DNA of 52,768 nt. Source: a virus. The stretch lies in IMG/VR virus record IMGVR_UViG_3300045988_047893. One strand, 5' to 3'. The notes beneath the pieces were generated by a model. It searched no databases. It worked only from the letters and a program-made list of their open reading frames with translations, and was not told the DNA's origin. Shown one piece after another: positions 43,517 to 52,089 of the stretch (position 1 is the stretch's first letter; every line of letters starts with the position of its first letter). The translations under genes and the position numbers were made by a program.

Positions 43517-44097
43517 ACCAGCAGATCAACATCAGCAAGTCGAAGCACCGCACCATGCTGAACCGTGAAGCAATCGGGCAGGTCGTTTCGTACTGCGCTG
43601 TTGCTGCGGCGCATGATCTCTGGGACTGGGGCGAGAAAGAATCTACGCTTCTGACCCTGAAAATGAACAATGCTGCATCCCGGTACATTCTGGATCATGA
43701 CAAGTATGGTGCACCGGAAGCAAAAAAGCGACTGGAAGCGCGCACTGCCCACCTGATGCCGGAAGAATTTTGGCTTCCGGTGGGTGGTCTGGTAGGCTCT
43801 GAAAAAAAGCTGCGTGTTCTGGCTGAACGCCGGGACGCTGCAAAGATGATCGTTCGTTTCTTTGTGGAATCGCTGGAAGAAATGGAGTACACCCCTGAAC
43901 AGATCGAGGTCGTGAAGGAAGAAATCAAGAAAAATTACCAGCAGTTCCTCGACTGGGTGGACGATGGCGGAGAAGAAGTTGCCTATGATCGTCTGCGCCG
44001 GGTCATTGAGGACATTTACGGCGTGGGTGCCATGGTGGAGCGCGTCAAGGGTGAAGAGCCCGTTTTCGGAGAACCCCTTTTCAAGAAAGATTTTTGA
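43456..44097 (+). CDS. Hypothetical protein
   Basis: 213 aa with a GGAAAGGAA RBS. Confidence 0.45.
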   Translation: MGKSRARLPAFYRQSIQNAVNQQINISKSKHRTMLNREAIGQVVSYCAVAAAHDLWDWGEKESTLLTLKMNNAASRYILDHDKYGAPEAKKRLEARTAHLMPEEFWLPVGGLVGSEKKLRVLAERRDAAKMIVRFFVESLEEMEYTPEQIEVVKEEIKKNYQQFLDWVDDGGEEVAYDRLRRVIEDIYGVGAMVERVKGEEPVFGEPLFKKDF

Positions 44098-44117
44098 TTT
44101 TTTGGGAGGACTGAGCA

Positions 44118-44645
44118 GTGAAAGTACACGAGGCGGAGGCAATCTTGAAATATTATGCGGACATCCCGCAGCGGATAGAGATCATCCGCCGTCAGTGTAC
44201 CGCGCTGAGCGACGAAGTGGACCCTATGCGGGGAATGGGCACCGATGGAATGCCCCGTGGTGGAACGCCTGGGGACAGCACGGCGGCGATGGCCTGCCGG
44301 ATGGATGAACTGGGCATTGGAGACAAACTGCGTCAGCTGGAACGGCAGCGGGCTGTGTTGCTGGAAGATCAGAACATTATCCGAGGACAAATGAACCGGA
44401 TGGACAGTGGCCACAATCTGATTTTAACGGAGTTCTACATCAACCACAAAAAATGGCACGAAGTACAGCAGAAAGTTCCATACAGTGTGCAGCACTTGAA
44501 GTACCTGCGAAACGTCGCTCTTGCACAGCTGGGAAGGAACCTGGAACGGCTCCCGGAGTGCGCCGCTTTATTATCGCGTGCGTTAAACACGCGCGAGGAA
44601 CAGCGCCGAGCGGATGCCTGGGCGGAGGGTGACATTCTCTTATAG
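44118..44645 (+). CDS. ArpU/RinA-like (sigma-70 region-4-like) transcriptional regulator
   Basis: GTG start. GMGTDGMPRGGTPGDS.. then LILTEFYINHKKWHEVQQKVPYSVQHLKYLRNVALAQL (HTH). Confidence 0.5.
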   Translation: MKVHEAEAILKYYADIPQRIEIIRRQCTALSDEVDPMRGMGTDGMPRGGTPGDSTAAMACRMDELGIGDKLRQLERQRAVLLEDQNIIRGQMNRMDSGHNLILTEFYINHKKWHEVQQKVPYSVQHLKYLRNVALAQLGRNLERLPECAALLSRALNTREEQRRADAWAEGDILL

Positions 44646-44806
44646 GCAAGGCTGCCTGCGGAACTTCATGTGCAGGCGCTTCCGCAAAATCGTGTCCGAT
44701 GGTCGTAGAAAAACAAACACGACTACCCCAAAAATCTGAAAACAGGCATAGAAATAACCCGGCGGGCAGTTGGCCTACCGGGTTTCGTGCAAAGGAGGAC
44801 AAAGTT

Positions 44807-45130
44807 ATGGGAAAGAAGCATAAAAACAAGGTTCGGGTGCTGCCCGGAAGGATGTATAGGCTGGTGCGGAGTGACAGGAGCGTATACTGTGACGCAGAGA
44901 ACGCGCTCAGAACCTGCTTTATCGAAGAAACCAAAGAGCGGCGGACCGCACGGGAAGAGGGCGAACTGTGCCGGTTCGTGAGGATGGCACCGGATGGTGG
45001 CGTTGAACTGATTTCAAACGCAGGAAACGTAGTCCGTTTCAAAAACGCAGAAGATCTTACGAAAACGCTGCGTTTCGCAAAAGATGTGCTGAGGATTACG
45101 GAGGTCTTGAAAAATGGGAATCAAAATTGA
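44807..45130 (+). CDS. Hypothetical protein (paralog of 45114-45350)
   Basis: AAAGGAGG RBS. GNVVRFKNAEDLTKTLRFAKDVL aligns with SDVIRFKNKEMAEATMDAVMRLF. Confidence 0.5.
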   Translation: MGKKHKNKVRVLPGRMYRLVRSDRSVYCDAENALRTCFIEETKERRTAREEGELCRFVRMAPDGGVELISNAGNVVRFKNAEDLTKTLRFAKDVLRITEVLKNGNQN

Positions 45131-45350
45131 ATTGAAAAAACGCATCGAGAAAACCATCAAAGAAAGAGCAGCCAAGAAATTGAGCAAAGAGGAACGCCGA
45201 AAATGGGATTCCTGCCCGGTAGTTCTGAAAGACGAAAACGGGAACGTGTCTATGTTTGCACTGGGGTCGGATGTTATTCGATTCAAGAACAAAGAAATGG
45301 CAGAAGCGACAATGGACGCTGTTATGCGGTTATTCGATGAAACGGAATGA
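45114..45350 (+). CDS. Hypothetical protein (paralog of 44807-45130)
   Basis: 78-aa basic N-terminus. Shares the RFKN motif. Confidence 0.5.
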   Translation: MGIKIELKKRIEKTIKERAAKKLSKEERRKWDSCPVVLKDENGNVSMFALGSDVIRFKNKEMAEATMDAVMRLFDETE

Positions 45351-45563
45351 TGGAATCTCGATGGTTTCATTCATACGTTTCGGAAATCGTCCACGGTGAT
45401 TCTTTCGCAAATGCTGCTGCACGATGTAGCCAAGTGATTCCATAGACAATTTTTCCGAGGATATAACACGAAGCGCGGAATCTTTGCTGGCTTGAACGGT
45501 ATATTCAATTTTACCTCCAGCAAGATTTTTAGTACTTATTCTAACCTGCTGTCTGTTCTGCAT
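45330..45563 (-). CDS. Hypothetical protein in an AT-rich island
   Basis: ATG 45563 after GAAAGGA. Local GC is clearly lower than in the flanks. Convergent with the 45114 gene. Confidence 0.4.
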   Translation of the reverse strand: MQNRQQVRISTKNLAGGKIEYTVQASKDSALRVISSEKLSMESLGYIVQQHLRKNHRGRFPKRMNETIEIPSFRFIE

Positions 45564-45584
45564 ACAAAGTCCTTTCAACACTTT

Positions 45585-45618
45585 AAGCCCGTCAGGTCAT
45601 CGACCTGGCGGGCTTTTT
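45585..45618. terminator. 14-bp hairpin between the leftward operon end and the AT-rich gene
   Basis: AAGCCCGTCAGGTC pairs with GACCTGGCGGGCTT (one G.T on the + strand), followed by TTT on the + strand. The T-tract orientation favours + strand termination. Confidence 0.45.
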
Positions 45619-45630
45619 GGATTTCGTGAT

Positions 45631-45954
45631 TTACTTTTCGTGTGGCGGCTGGTCATCCGGCGGAGCGTTGCGCTTGAAGATGATCTGCGGTTCGTTCGGA
45701 TCCCGGCCTTCCTCTTTGGCGTTCTGGGCGATTTCGTCCATCAGGCCGACAGGAAAACCGTTTTCGTCGAGCGGCCCATCGTAACCGGTGAAGTCAACGA
45801 CGTTCACGCAGGGCGGTTCGGGGATGGTTTTGTAGTATCTGCCGTCCTCATAGTTCTGATCCGTGACCCGGTTCCAGTAACCAATGTCTCCGTGCTGCTC
45901 CTGGGCGGCTTCCATCGCTTCCCGTGCCTGTTCTTCGGTCAATCCGTCGAACAA
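45631..45954 (-). CDS. Hypothetical acidic protein (5' end probably extends to 46013)
   Basis: ORF as given starts at TTG with no SD. An ATG at 46013 lies downstream of GGAGG and becomes in-frame if the A5 run at 46001-46005 is read as A6. Confidence 0.5.
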   Translation of the reverse strand: MFDGLTEEQAREAMEAAQEQHGDIGYWNRVTDQNYEDGRYYKTIPEPPCVNVVDFTGYDGPLDENGFPVGLMDEIAQNAKEEGRDPNEPQIIFKRNAPPDDQPPHEK

Positions 45955-46132
45955 GAGCCGTGAACCATCGGCAAAGGCCGCAACCAGCCGCCAAGGGGCG
46001 AAAAACTCTGCATCTTTCGTAGAAATGCCTCCTTCTGGGCAGTTAAGCCCCTAAATTGTAGGTTTTGTATCAAAAAGGCGGGTTAAATATGCCGAAATAT
46101 CATCTTTAGCAGAAAAAGATGAAGTTTCGTTG

Positions 46133-47023
46133 TCAGGATTTCGATTTTGTGGGGGTGTACCCATTCAGGCAGCGATTGAAACCGCGTTTCGTGAGGGCAT
46201 CGGTAACTCTGTCCTCTGGGAAGTAGTAAGCAGAACCGTCTGCCGCAGGAACAGCCCCGGCGGGATGCTCTGCGCCGGTGTACCAGTCCGTTTCCGTGTC
46301 GTACTTGCGGTGCAGGTACTTGTAAACGTCGCGCTGGGCTTTGTCGAATACCTCCACGAAAGAGAAGGATGCACAAGGCGGCATCTCTTTTGCCAGCATG
46401 GGTGCGTTCTGCGCCAGCCATGCAGCCATTACGGTTTTGGCTGCATTTCGTTTCGGCTTGCCTTCCCGGTGCACCAGATCCAGCAGCTGCACAACAAAGG
46501 GCTTTGGCAGATCGTTCAGCACTTCTTCCAGCGGGTACGGATTTTCGTGCAGCAGGGGCGACGTGCGCAGCTCCGGCACGAGATCCAGATCGTGACAGGT
46601 TACAGGCTTCTGGCGGTCGTCGATGCGCTCACTGGTGTAATACAGCATATCCTTGATTGCATTCTGTGCCGCGTCGGAAAGCTGCTCCACCAGAGCAACA
46701 CTGTCCGCAAAGCTGATCTGCGCCTCGTTTCGTTCGCCGGTGCTGCGGCCCGTCTTATAGGCCGCATCAATGATACCAAGCTCCATAGCCAGCCGGAAAA
46801 TGTGCTTGCAGGGCTTTTTGCGCTTTACAAAATCGTTGCAGGTGCAGCTTGCAAGGCTGGTCTGGTACGGCTCTTTGCCGGATCCATAGAAAACCCCGGT
46901 TTCGTGTTCCTTGTCCACAGAAAGCGGGCTGGTCTTGCTCTGCTGGGCGCTGGCAAGGCGCTTTTCTTCGTCAGTGTCTGCGGGATGCTCTGTCCAGGGG
47001 CCGAAGGCGGGAATCATAGTCAT
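46133..47023 (-). CDS. SWIM zinc-finger protein
   Basis: CTCNDFVKRKKPCKHIF (CxC..CxH). AAAGGAGG RBS. Confidence 0.6.
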   Translation of the reverse strand: MTMIPAFGPWTEHPADTDEEKRLASAQQSKTSPLSVDKEHETGVFYGSGKEPYQTSLASCTCNDFVKRKKPCKHIFRLAMELGIIDAAYKTGRSTGERNEAQISFADSVALVEQLSDAAQNAIKDMLYYTSERIDDRQKPVTCHDLDLVPELRTSPLLHENPYPLEEVLNDLPKPFVVQLLDLVHREGKPKRNAAKTVMAAWLAQNAPMLAKEMPPCASFSFVEVFDKAQRDVYKYLHRKYDTETDWYTGAEHPAGAVPAADGSAYYFPEDRVTDALTKRGFNRCLNGYTPTKSKS

Positions 47024-47126
47024 AACGGGAAACCTCCTTTTCGTGTTTCGTTACGGTCATGATAGAACAAAACGCAAACAAAAGCAATAAAAGGCAAGAA
47101 GATTTCGTGCAGAGGCACCAGAATGA

Positions 47127-47194
47127 CCCCGGCGGGCTACCGGGAAGATGGGGCGGGGCTGCTTTACGGTGCCTGCCCTGCCAGAACTTCCGGG
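47127..47194. repeat. Intergenic two-hairpin repeat R1 (degenerate)
   Basis: CCCGG..CCGGG, then GGGGCGGGGCTGC-TTTACGGT-GCCTGCCCTGCC. Confidence 0.6.
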
Positions 47195-47369
47195 TCTGCG
47201 CTCAGACGTGGACGGTGGGCGGAGCTACCAGGTCGGCGAGGCGGGGCACGGTCAAGTGGTGACGTTCTGTCACCGGTTCCGGGCACTGGTGCTCTGGTTC
47301 TTCATGGTTGCTGCTCCTTTTCGTGATACTGGATTTCGCGATACTCCCGGCGGCTGCCGGGGCTGGCTG

Positions 47370-47588
47370 TCAGAACGGCAGGCCGGTATAGTTGCGCATG
47401 GGAATGGCATCGGCGGCGGGCACCAGCATATTGAGCAGTTGCCGGTATAAAGCCGGGTTTGCTGCACGCTGGGCACGGAAGTCCTCTAGGAATTGCGCCT
47501 GTGCTGCCAGATCGGCCAAGTTTTCGTCATCCACGTTGTAGCATTGGCATTGATCCGGCCCAGCGGAGTATATCCAACATCGAAACAT
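47370..47588 (-). CDS. Hypothetical protein
   Basis: 72 aa with an AAAGGAGG RBS. Confidence 0.5.
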   Translation of the reverse strand: MFRCWIYSAGPDQCQCYNVDDENLADLAAQAQFLEDFRAQRAANPALYRQLLNMLVPAADAIPMRNYTGLPF

Positions 47589-47616
47589 GAAAATACCTCC
47601 TTTCTGTTTCGTGATG

Positions 47617-47693
47617 TTCCCGACGTAAATGCCGGGAAGATGGGGCGGGGTTGCTTTGTCCGGTGCAGCCCTGCCAAAATATCCGGTTTCGTG
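47617..47693. repeat. Intergenic two-hairpin repeat R2
   Basis: TTCCCG..CGGGAA, then GGGGCGGGGTTGC-TTTGTCCGGT-GCAGCCCTGCC-AAAATATCCGG-TTTCGTG. It abuts the stop codon of the 47694 gene. Confidence 0.8.
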
Positions 47694-49319
47694 TTAAGCG
47701 TTCAGCTGTAAAAACGTGCTCTGCGTGGGGATCAGGTGCCGGGTGAGGGTGTCGGTGTAGCTGGCCTCCCCCTCGTAGCTGTCAACCACCCGGCGGTCTG
47801 CGGCGGCCATATCGTGATAGCTCTTTTTGCCGTAGGTGGGCGGCAGCCAGCCTTTGCGCTGTCCGGCGTAGAGGTTGAAGGACTTCAAAACGTCCGTGTT
47901 CGTAAACTCGATGTGGCAGGTGCCTTTCTTGTAAAACGTGGCGGTGAAATAGTGCAGCTGGATCTTCTGGGTCTGGCCGCTCTTTTCGGCGGCATCCAGG
48001 ACGGCGCGGAGTTCGTCCCCATTGTAGGGCTTGCCGTTCGTGTCCAGGAAGTGCAGCACCCGCTCGATCTGGGCAACATGGCCTGTTGCGTTGTACCGGG
48101 GGCAGAAACGCCCATCGTATGTATCAAAGGCGTTGCAGCGGAAAATCACCTTGCGGTTGATCTTGTACGCGGAGTTCGTGCACCAGCCGTTGTAATAATG
48201 CACGTTCTTGCTGTACTCGTCGTTATAATGCAGGTTCGTCCAGTCGTCGAACAGCTTTATAATTTCGTGGTCGATGCTGGAAAGAAGATTTCGTGAAATT
48301 TCTTCCCGGACGGTCAGAATGTTGTACGCGCTGAAGTCGTAGCCTTCAAGCTCTTTGATTCGCTTCTGGTAATCCTGCTGCATTTCGTAGGTCATCGCAT
48401 CGAACAGCTGCGGCATTTCAAACAGCTGTTTCCAGTACATCCCGCGCAGTTCCCGGATAGCGTCGTTATAAGATTTCGTGAAAGCCATCACGGGGTTTTC
48501 TTTCTTACCAGCGCCGGCAGAGGAAAACAACGACTTGATTCCGTTGTACTCTTCATAGATCCGGCGCACACCCTCAGCCGCGGCGTTATACCGTTCAATG
48601 GCTGCCGTGATGGGGTCGGAAGATACCAGGGCGGCAAACTCCGGGTTTTCTTTCAAACGCTCTGCGGTTTCGTTTTTCAGATCCAGCCGGATCCGGCTCA
48701 CCGGCTCCCGGTCGGGAATGTCCACCGACACAAGCGCCACCTCCACGCGGGCGGCGCGGCGGGCGTTCTTGAACGCATCCGGGATATATTTTACCGTGGC
48801 GTGCAGCTCTTCCAGCTTTGCGGCCAGCTCTTTCCGTTCGTTGGTGCAGGGGTTGCGCAGGGTTTCGGCGTTGAGCAGACAGCGGATTTTGCCGCCGTCC
48901 TGCATGACATCCAGCGCTTTGAGCAGGTGCGCGGCACCGGCGGAGAAAGGCGGATTCATGACGATTGCGGCGTATTTCGTGGTGGGGCGGAAGGTCAGAA
49001 AGTTATCATGCACCACCCGGAAACCGTCTTTCTTCAGCTTTGCGCGGAAGTCGCTGGAAAGTTCGATGCAGTCAAGCTCTGCGCTTCGTGCCTTTCCCTT
49101 GTCGTATTGGTCAACCTCGCCGGTCTTATAGTCGTGGTGGACGTTGAACGCCAGGGCATGGACCTGACGCGCAAGCGCTCCATCACCGGCGGACGGTTCA
49201 AGAATGGGTTTCGGGTAGGTGGTGAACCCGGATTTTACTTCCCGCAGGGAAAAGACCATATCAAAGGCCAGGCTGTCCGGCGTGGGGTAGAAGTCCAGGG
49301 CATCGTTGGGGGTGGTCAT
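47694..49319 (-). CDS. N6-adenine DNA methyltransferase with a DUF4942-like C-terminal domain
   Basis: ILEPSAGDGAL (motif I) and AAIVMNPPFS (NPPF motif IV). 541 aa. From memory, this architecture occurs in orphan MTases of mobile elements. Confidence 0.75.
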   Translation of the reverse strand: MTTPNDALDFYPTPDSLAFDMVFSLREVKSGFTTYPKPILEPSAGDGALARQVHALAFNVHHDYKTGEVDQYDKGKARSAELDCIELSSDFRAKLKKDGFRVVHDNFLTFRPTTKYAAIVMNPPFSAGAAHLLKALDVMQDGGKIRCLLNAETLRNPCTNERKELAAKLEELHATVKYIPDAFKNARRAARVEVALVSVDIPDREPVSRIRLDLKNETAERLKENPEFAALVSSDPITAAIERYNAAAEGVRRIYEEYNGIKSLFSSAGAGKKENPVMAFTKSYNDAIRELRGMYWKQLFEMPQLFDAMTYEMQQDYQKRIKELEGYDFSAYNILTVREEISRNLLSSIDHEIIKLFDDWTNLHYNDEYSKNVHYYNGWCTNSAYKINRKVIFRCNAFDTYDGRFCPRYNATGHVAQIERVLHFLDTNGKPYNGDELRAVLDAAEKSGQTQKIQLHYFTATFYKKGTCHIEFTNTDVLKSFNLYAGQRKGWLPPTYGKKSYHDMAAADRRVVDSYEGEASYTDTLTRHLIPTQSTFLQLNA

Positions 49320-49350
49320 GGTGTAAACCTCTTTTCGTGTTTCGTGATAT

Positions 49351-49424
49351 GCCCGGCGGAATGCTGGGCGGTGGGGCGGGGCCGCTTTGTCCGGTGCGGC
49401 CCTGCCAGGGCATCCGGTTTCGTG
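49351..49424. repeat. Intergenic two-hairpin repeat R3
   Basis: GCCCGGC..GCTGGGC, then GGGGCGGGGCCGC-TTTGTCCGGT-GCGGCCCTGCC-AGGGCATCCGG-TTTCGTG. It abuts the stop codon at 49425. Confidence 0.8.
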
Positions 49425-49604
49425 TCAGGTGTTGAGTTGGTAGCCGCGGCGGGCGCAAATGAGGCGGAGCCGGGCGGCGGCGATCTGCTGGCGGACCGCT
49501 TCGGGCCTGCCGGTGCACTGGGCTTCCCGGCGCAGGTCTTGCAGTGTCCACTGCTGACGGATGATCTCGCGGGCCTGCTCAAAGATGTTGTCAAACTTCT
49601 TCAT
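49425..49604 (-). CDS. Hypothetical 59-aa protein
   Basis: ATG 49604 after AAAGGAG, inside ORF 49425-49646. Confidence 0.45.
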   Translation of the reverse strand: MKKFDNIFEQAREIIRQQWTLQDLRREAQCTGRPEAVRQQIAAARLRLICARRGYQLNT

Positions 49605-49624
49605 GATTTCGTTCTCCTTTCGTA

Positions 49625-50215
49625 TCATGCAAACAGGCGGTTGCATACCTGCTGTATTTCGTCGTTCGCCTTCATCGGGGCAATGAGCACGGAAACGGCG
49701 GCCTTCTTCGGGTCTACGGTGTCCGTTGCCAGGATGGGCGCAAACGGGCTGTTGCTGCTGTGGTAAACAAATTCGTGATGATCCACAAAAGCGTCATACT
49801 CCGAATTTATCATGATGGGCCGGGATCCGTTGCGGAACATTCGGAACGTGCCCCAGACTTTGCCCTTTGCTTCGACTTCCTGCAAGATCGAAGTGCGTTT
49901 GACTTCTTCTTTGCAGGCGCTGAACTTCTGGAACATCTGCGCGGCGGTCAGCTGGTGCGGATCGTTGACCACAAACCCGGCATCACTGGAAACGATGGTC
50001 ACGCCGTCGGCGGGTGCGTCCTGCATGGTCACGGGCTGGATAACATCCCGGTAAAGGATGGCGGGCAGCTTGAACGCTGCATAGCCGGTGATGATGTACA
50101 CGCTGCCGCTCTGGCAGGTGATCCGAACGGCGTTGCGGCTTTTTGCCTGCCCTTTCAAATAGGCGGTGATCTTCTTCACGTTCAGCCCGGCGGGGGTGCT
50201 GGTTGCTCTTTTCAT
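49625..50215 (-). CDS. Hypothetical protein
   Basis: ATG 50215 after AAAGGAG, inside ORF 49625-50341. 196 aa. Confidence 0.5.
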   Translation of the reverse strand: MKRATSTPAGLNVKKITAYLKGQAKSRNAVRITCQSGSVYIITGYAAFKLPAILYRDVIQPVTMQDAPADGVTIVSSDAGFVVNDPHQLTAAQMFQKFSACKEEVKRTSILQEVEAKGKVWGTFRMFRNGSRPIMINSEYDAFVDHHEFVYHSSNSPFAPILATDTVDPKKAAVSVLIAPMKANDEIQQVCNRLFA

Positions 50216-50255
50216 ATTGCAAAAACTCCTTTTCGTTTTCGTTCTGTTTTTCGTG

Positions 50256-50329
50256 CCCGGTGCGCTGCCGGGGTAGTGGGGCGGGGTTGCTTTGCCCGGT
50301 GCAGCCCTGCCAAAATATCCGGTTTCGTG
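50256..50329. repeat. Intergenic two-hairpin repeat R4
   Basis: CCCGG..CCGGG, then GGGGCGGGGTTGC-TTTGCCCGGT-GCAGCCCTGCC-AAAATATCCGG-TTTCGTG. Confidence 0.8.
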
Positions 50330-50337
50330 GTGGTGGG

Positions 50338-51189
50338 TCATGCCAGCAGCCCGGCGGCGATGCTTTCAAAGTCCAGCTGTTTCACGGGTGCTTCATCCGG
50401 CGCGGCTACGGCGGCGGGGGCCTGCTTTGCGTCCTCTACGGCCTTCCGGGTCTTGCGCCAGGCATCCAGCGCGGCGGCCTGACCCTTGCGGTCGGTTTCG
50501 GGAACAGCCAGGAAAGCAGCCTTTGCTTCCCGCTCTGCCTTGCGGAGCACATCCGGGGCGGGCTTTTTCGTGGCGGCGGGCTTGCTGGCCTTTTTCGTGG
50601 GCAGCGGATCGACGTGCACAAGCTCCGGCAATTCGTGGTGTTCTTCGGTGATGATGGGGGCCGGGGTGCTGGCGGTCTGCTCTGCTGCTGCCTTTGCGGC
50701 CTTGCGTTCTGCGGCCAGCTTTTTGTTATACTCCATGATGGCGGCGACAGATCCGAAGCGGCCGGCGGGGGCCTGCTTTGCGTCGTGTACCTGCAAGCAG
50801 CTGAACAGGTGCGATTTCGTGGGGTAGAAATGCGGCGCGGGGGCTGCTTCCTTGCCTTCGGCTTCAGCGGCTTCCCGCTGGGCCTTGCTGGGGCGGGTGG
50901 TGTACTTCCACAGGTAGCATTCAATCAAATGCGTTTCGCCCTTCTTGACGCTCTTGCCTTCTTTCTTCCAGTGATCGAAGGTGTGCAGCTCTGCCGCTGC
51001 AAGGATGATTTCAACGTCTGCGATGGTGGCGGGCTGTTCGTCGCCGTTCTCGTCGGTGGTGACTGCGTTTGCAGCCATTGCGGCGATCTGCTCCGGGGTG
51101 TGGTGCGCGGTGGCGATGGCGTGCAGGGTGACGGGGTCCAGCTTCGCGGCTTCGTTCATGATGATCTGATTGTTGGTCATGCCTTTCAT
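50338..51189 (-). CDS. ArdC-N/DUF1738-like ssDNA-binding-domain protein with an Ala/Lys-rich tail
   Basis: LHTFDHWKKEGKSVKKGETHLIECYLWK resembles the TF.QW..G..V.KGEK core of ArdC N-domains. This is a weak call made by eye. Confidence 0.35.
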   Translation of the reverse strand: MKGMTNNQIIMNEAAKLDPVTLHAIATAHHTPEQIAAMAANAVTTDENGDEQPATIADVEIILAAAELHTFDHWKKEGKSVKKGETHLIECYLWKYTTRPSKAQREAAEAEGKEAAPAPHFYPTKSHLFSCLQVHDAKQAPAGRFGSVAAIMEYNKKLAAERKAAKAAAEQTASTPAPIITEEHHELPELVHVDPLPTKKASKPAATKKPAPDVLRKAEREAKAAFLAVPETDRKGQAAALDAWRKTRKAVEDAKQAPAAVAAPDEAPVKQLDFESIAAGLLA

Positions 51190-51234
51190 GGTTCGTTCTC
51201 CTTTGTTCGTTGTGGTTGATGTTCGGGATGATCT

Positions 51235-51298
51235 CCCGGCGGCTGCCGGGGTAGTGGGGCGGGGCTGCTTTGCGGTGCAACCCTGCTAGAGTGTCCGG
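51235..51298. repeat. Intergenic two-hairpin repeat R5
   Basis: CCCGGC-GGCT-GCCGGG, then GGGGCGGGGCTGC-TTTGCGGT-GCAACCCTGC. Confidence 0.75.
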
Positions 51299-51305
51299 CG
51301 GTGGT

Positions 51306-51704
51306 TCATGCGGTGTACATCTGGCGGAACAGGTCCAGCGCTCCGATCTCTGCGGCCTTGTGCTGTGCTGCCAGCTTTGCGCCGGCGCTGTCGTGGCCGT
51401 TGAAGTGGTACGCTTCGGAGTAGGCGTTGACGATGGACCATTCAAGGCGGCTGCGCTCCTGCTGCGCTTCCCACTCTGCCAGATCGAAAACGTAGATGGT
51501 GCAGGTCCAGGCGTACAGGCTGAACACCTGTTCAACCTTGACCTTCAAGCCCTTGCAGCGGTCAAGCGTGGCTTTGATCCGGTCACGCTCCTGCCGATCC
51601 ATGGGAACGATGGAATAGCAGGGAATGAAACGATCGTGCACCGGGGTGACGTTCCAGCGGTGACGGGCTGCCAGCTGGTTAATCTTCTTGTCAAGTGCTG
51701 TCAT
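51306..51704 (-). CDS. Hypothetical protein
   Basis: ATG 51704 after GAAAGGAG. 132 aa. Confidence 0.5.
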   Translation of the reverse strand: MTALDKKINQLAARHRWNVTPVHDRFIPCYSIVPMDRQERDRIKATLDRCKGLKVKVEQVFSLYAWTCTIYVFDLAEWEAQQERSRLEWSIVNAYSEAYHFNGHDSAGAKLAAQHKAAEIGALDLFRQMYTA

Positions 51705-51718
51705 GTTGTGCGCTCCTT

Positions 51719-51973
51719 TCAGCAATCCAGGCCGCAGGCTGCAAGCGTGCGGGTGATGATGTCAACATCTGTCTGGCTCCACTGGCAAGATTTGAGGTCG
51801 TAGGCCAGGCGGTGCAGGTCAATCCCCTGCACCGGTGCGGGGTTGATGGCTACAACGTCGCCGTTGCCCTGCACATAGTCGGCGGCCTCCTTCTTGCTGG
51901 CGGCGGGAACGGTCACGCGGAAAACGCTTTTCCCGTCGTCTAGATACACGTTGTACACGGTCAGTTTCTTCAT
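51719..51973 (-). CDS. Hypothetical protein
   Basis: ATG 51973 after AAAGGAG. MKKLTVYNVYLDDGKSVFRV... The longer ORF-track version (to 52213) would run through repeat R6. Confidence 0.5.
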   Translation of the reverse strand: MKKLTVYNVYLDDGKSVFRVTVPAASKKEAADYVQGNGDVVAINPAPVQGIDLHRLAYDLKSCQWSQTDVDIITRTLAACGLDC

Positions 51974-52016
51974 GGGGTGTGCTCCTTTGTTCGTGGGTTG
52001 ATGTTCGGGATGATCT

Positions 52017-52082
52017 CCCGGCGGCTGCCGGGGTAGTGGGGCGGGGCCGCTTTGTCCGGTGCGGCTCTGCCAGGGCATCCGG
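52017..52082. repeat. Intergenic two-hairpin repeat R6
   Basis: CCCGGC-GGCT-GCCGGG, then GGGGCGGGGCCGC-TTTGTCCGGT-GCGGCTCTGCC-AGGGCATCCGG. Confidence 0.8.
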
Positions 52083-52089
52083 TGGGCAT

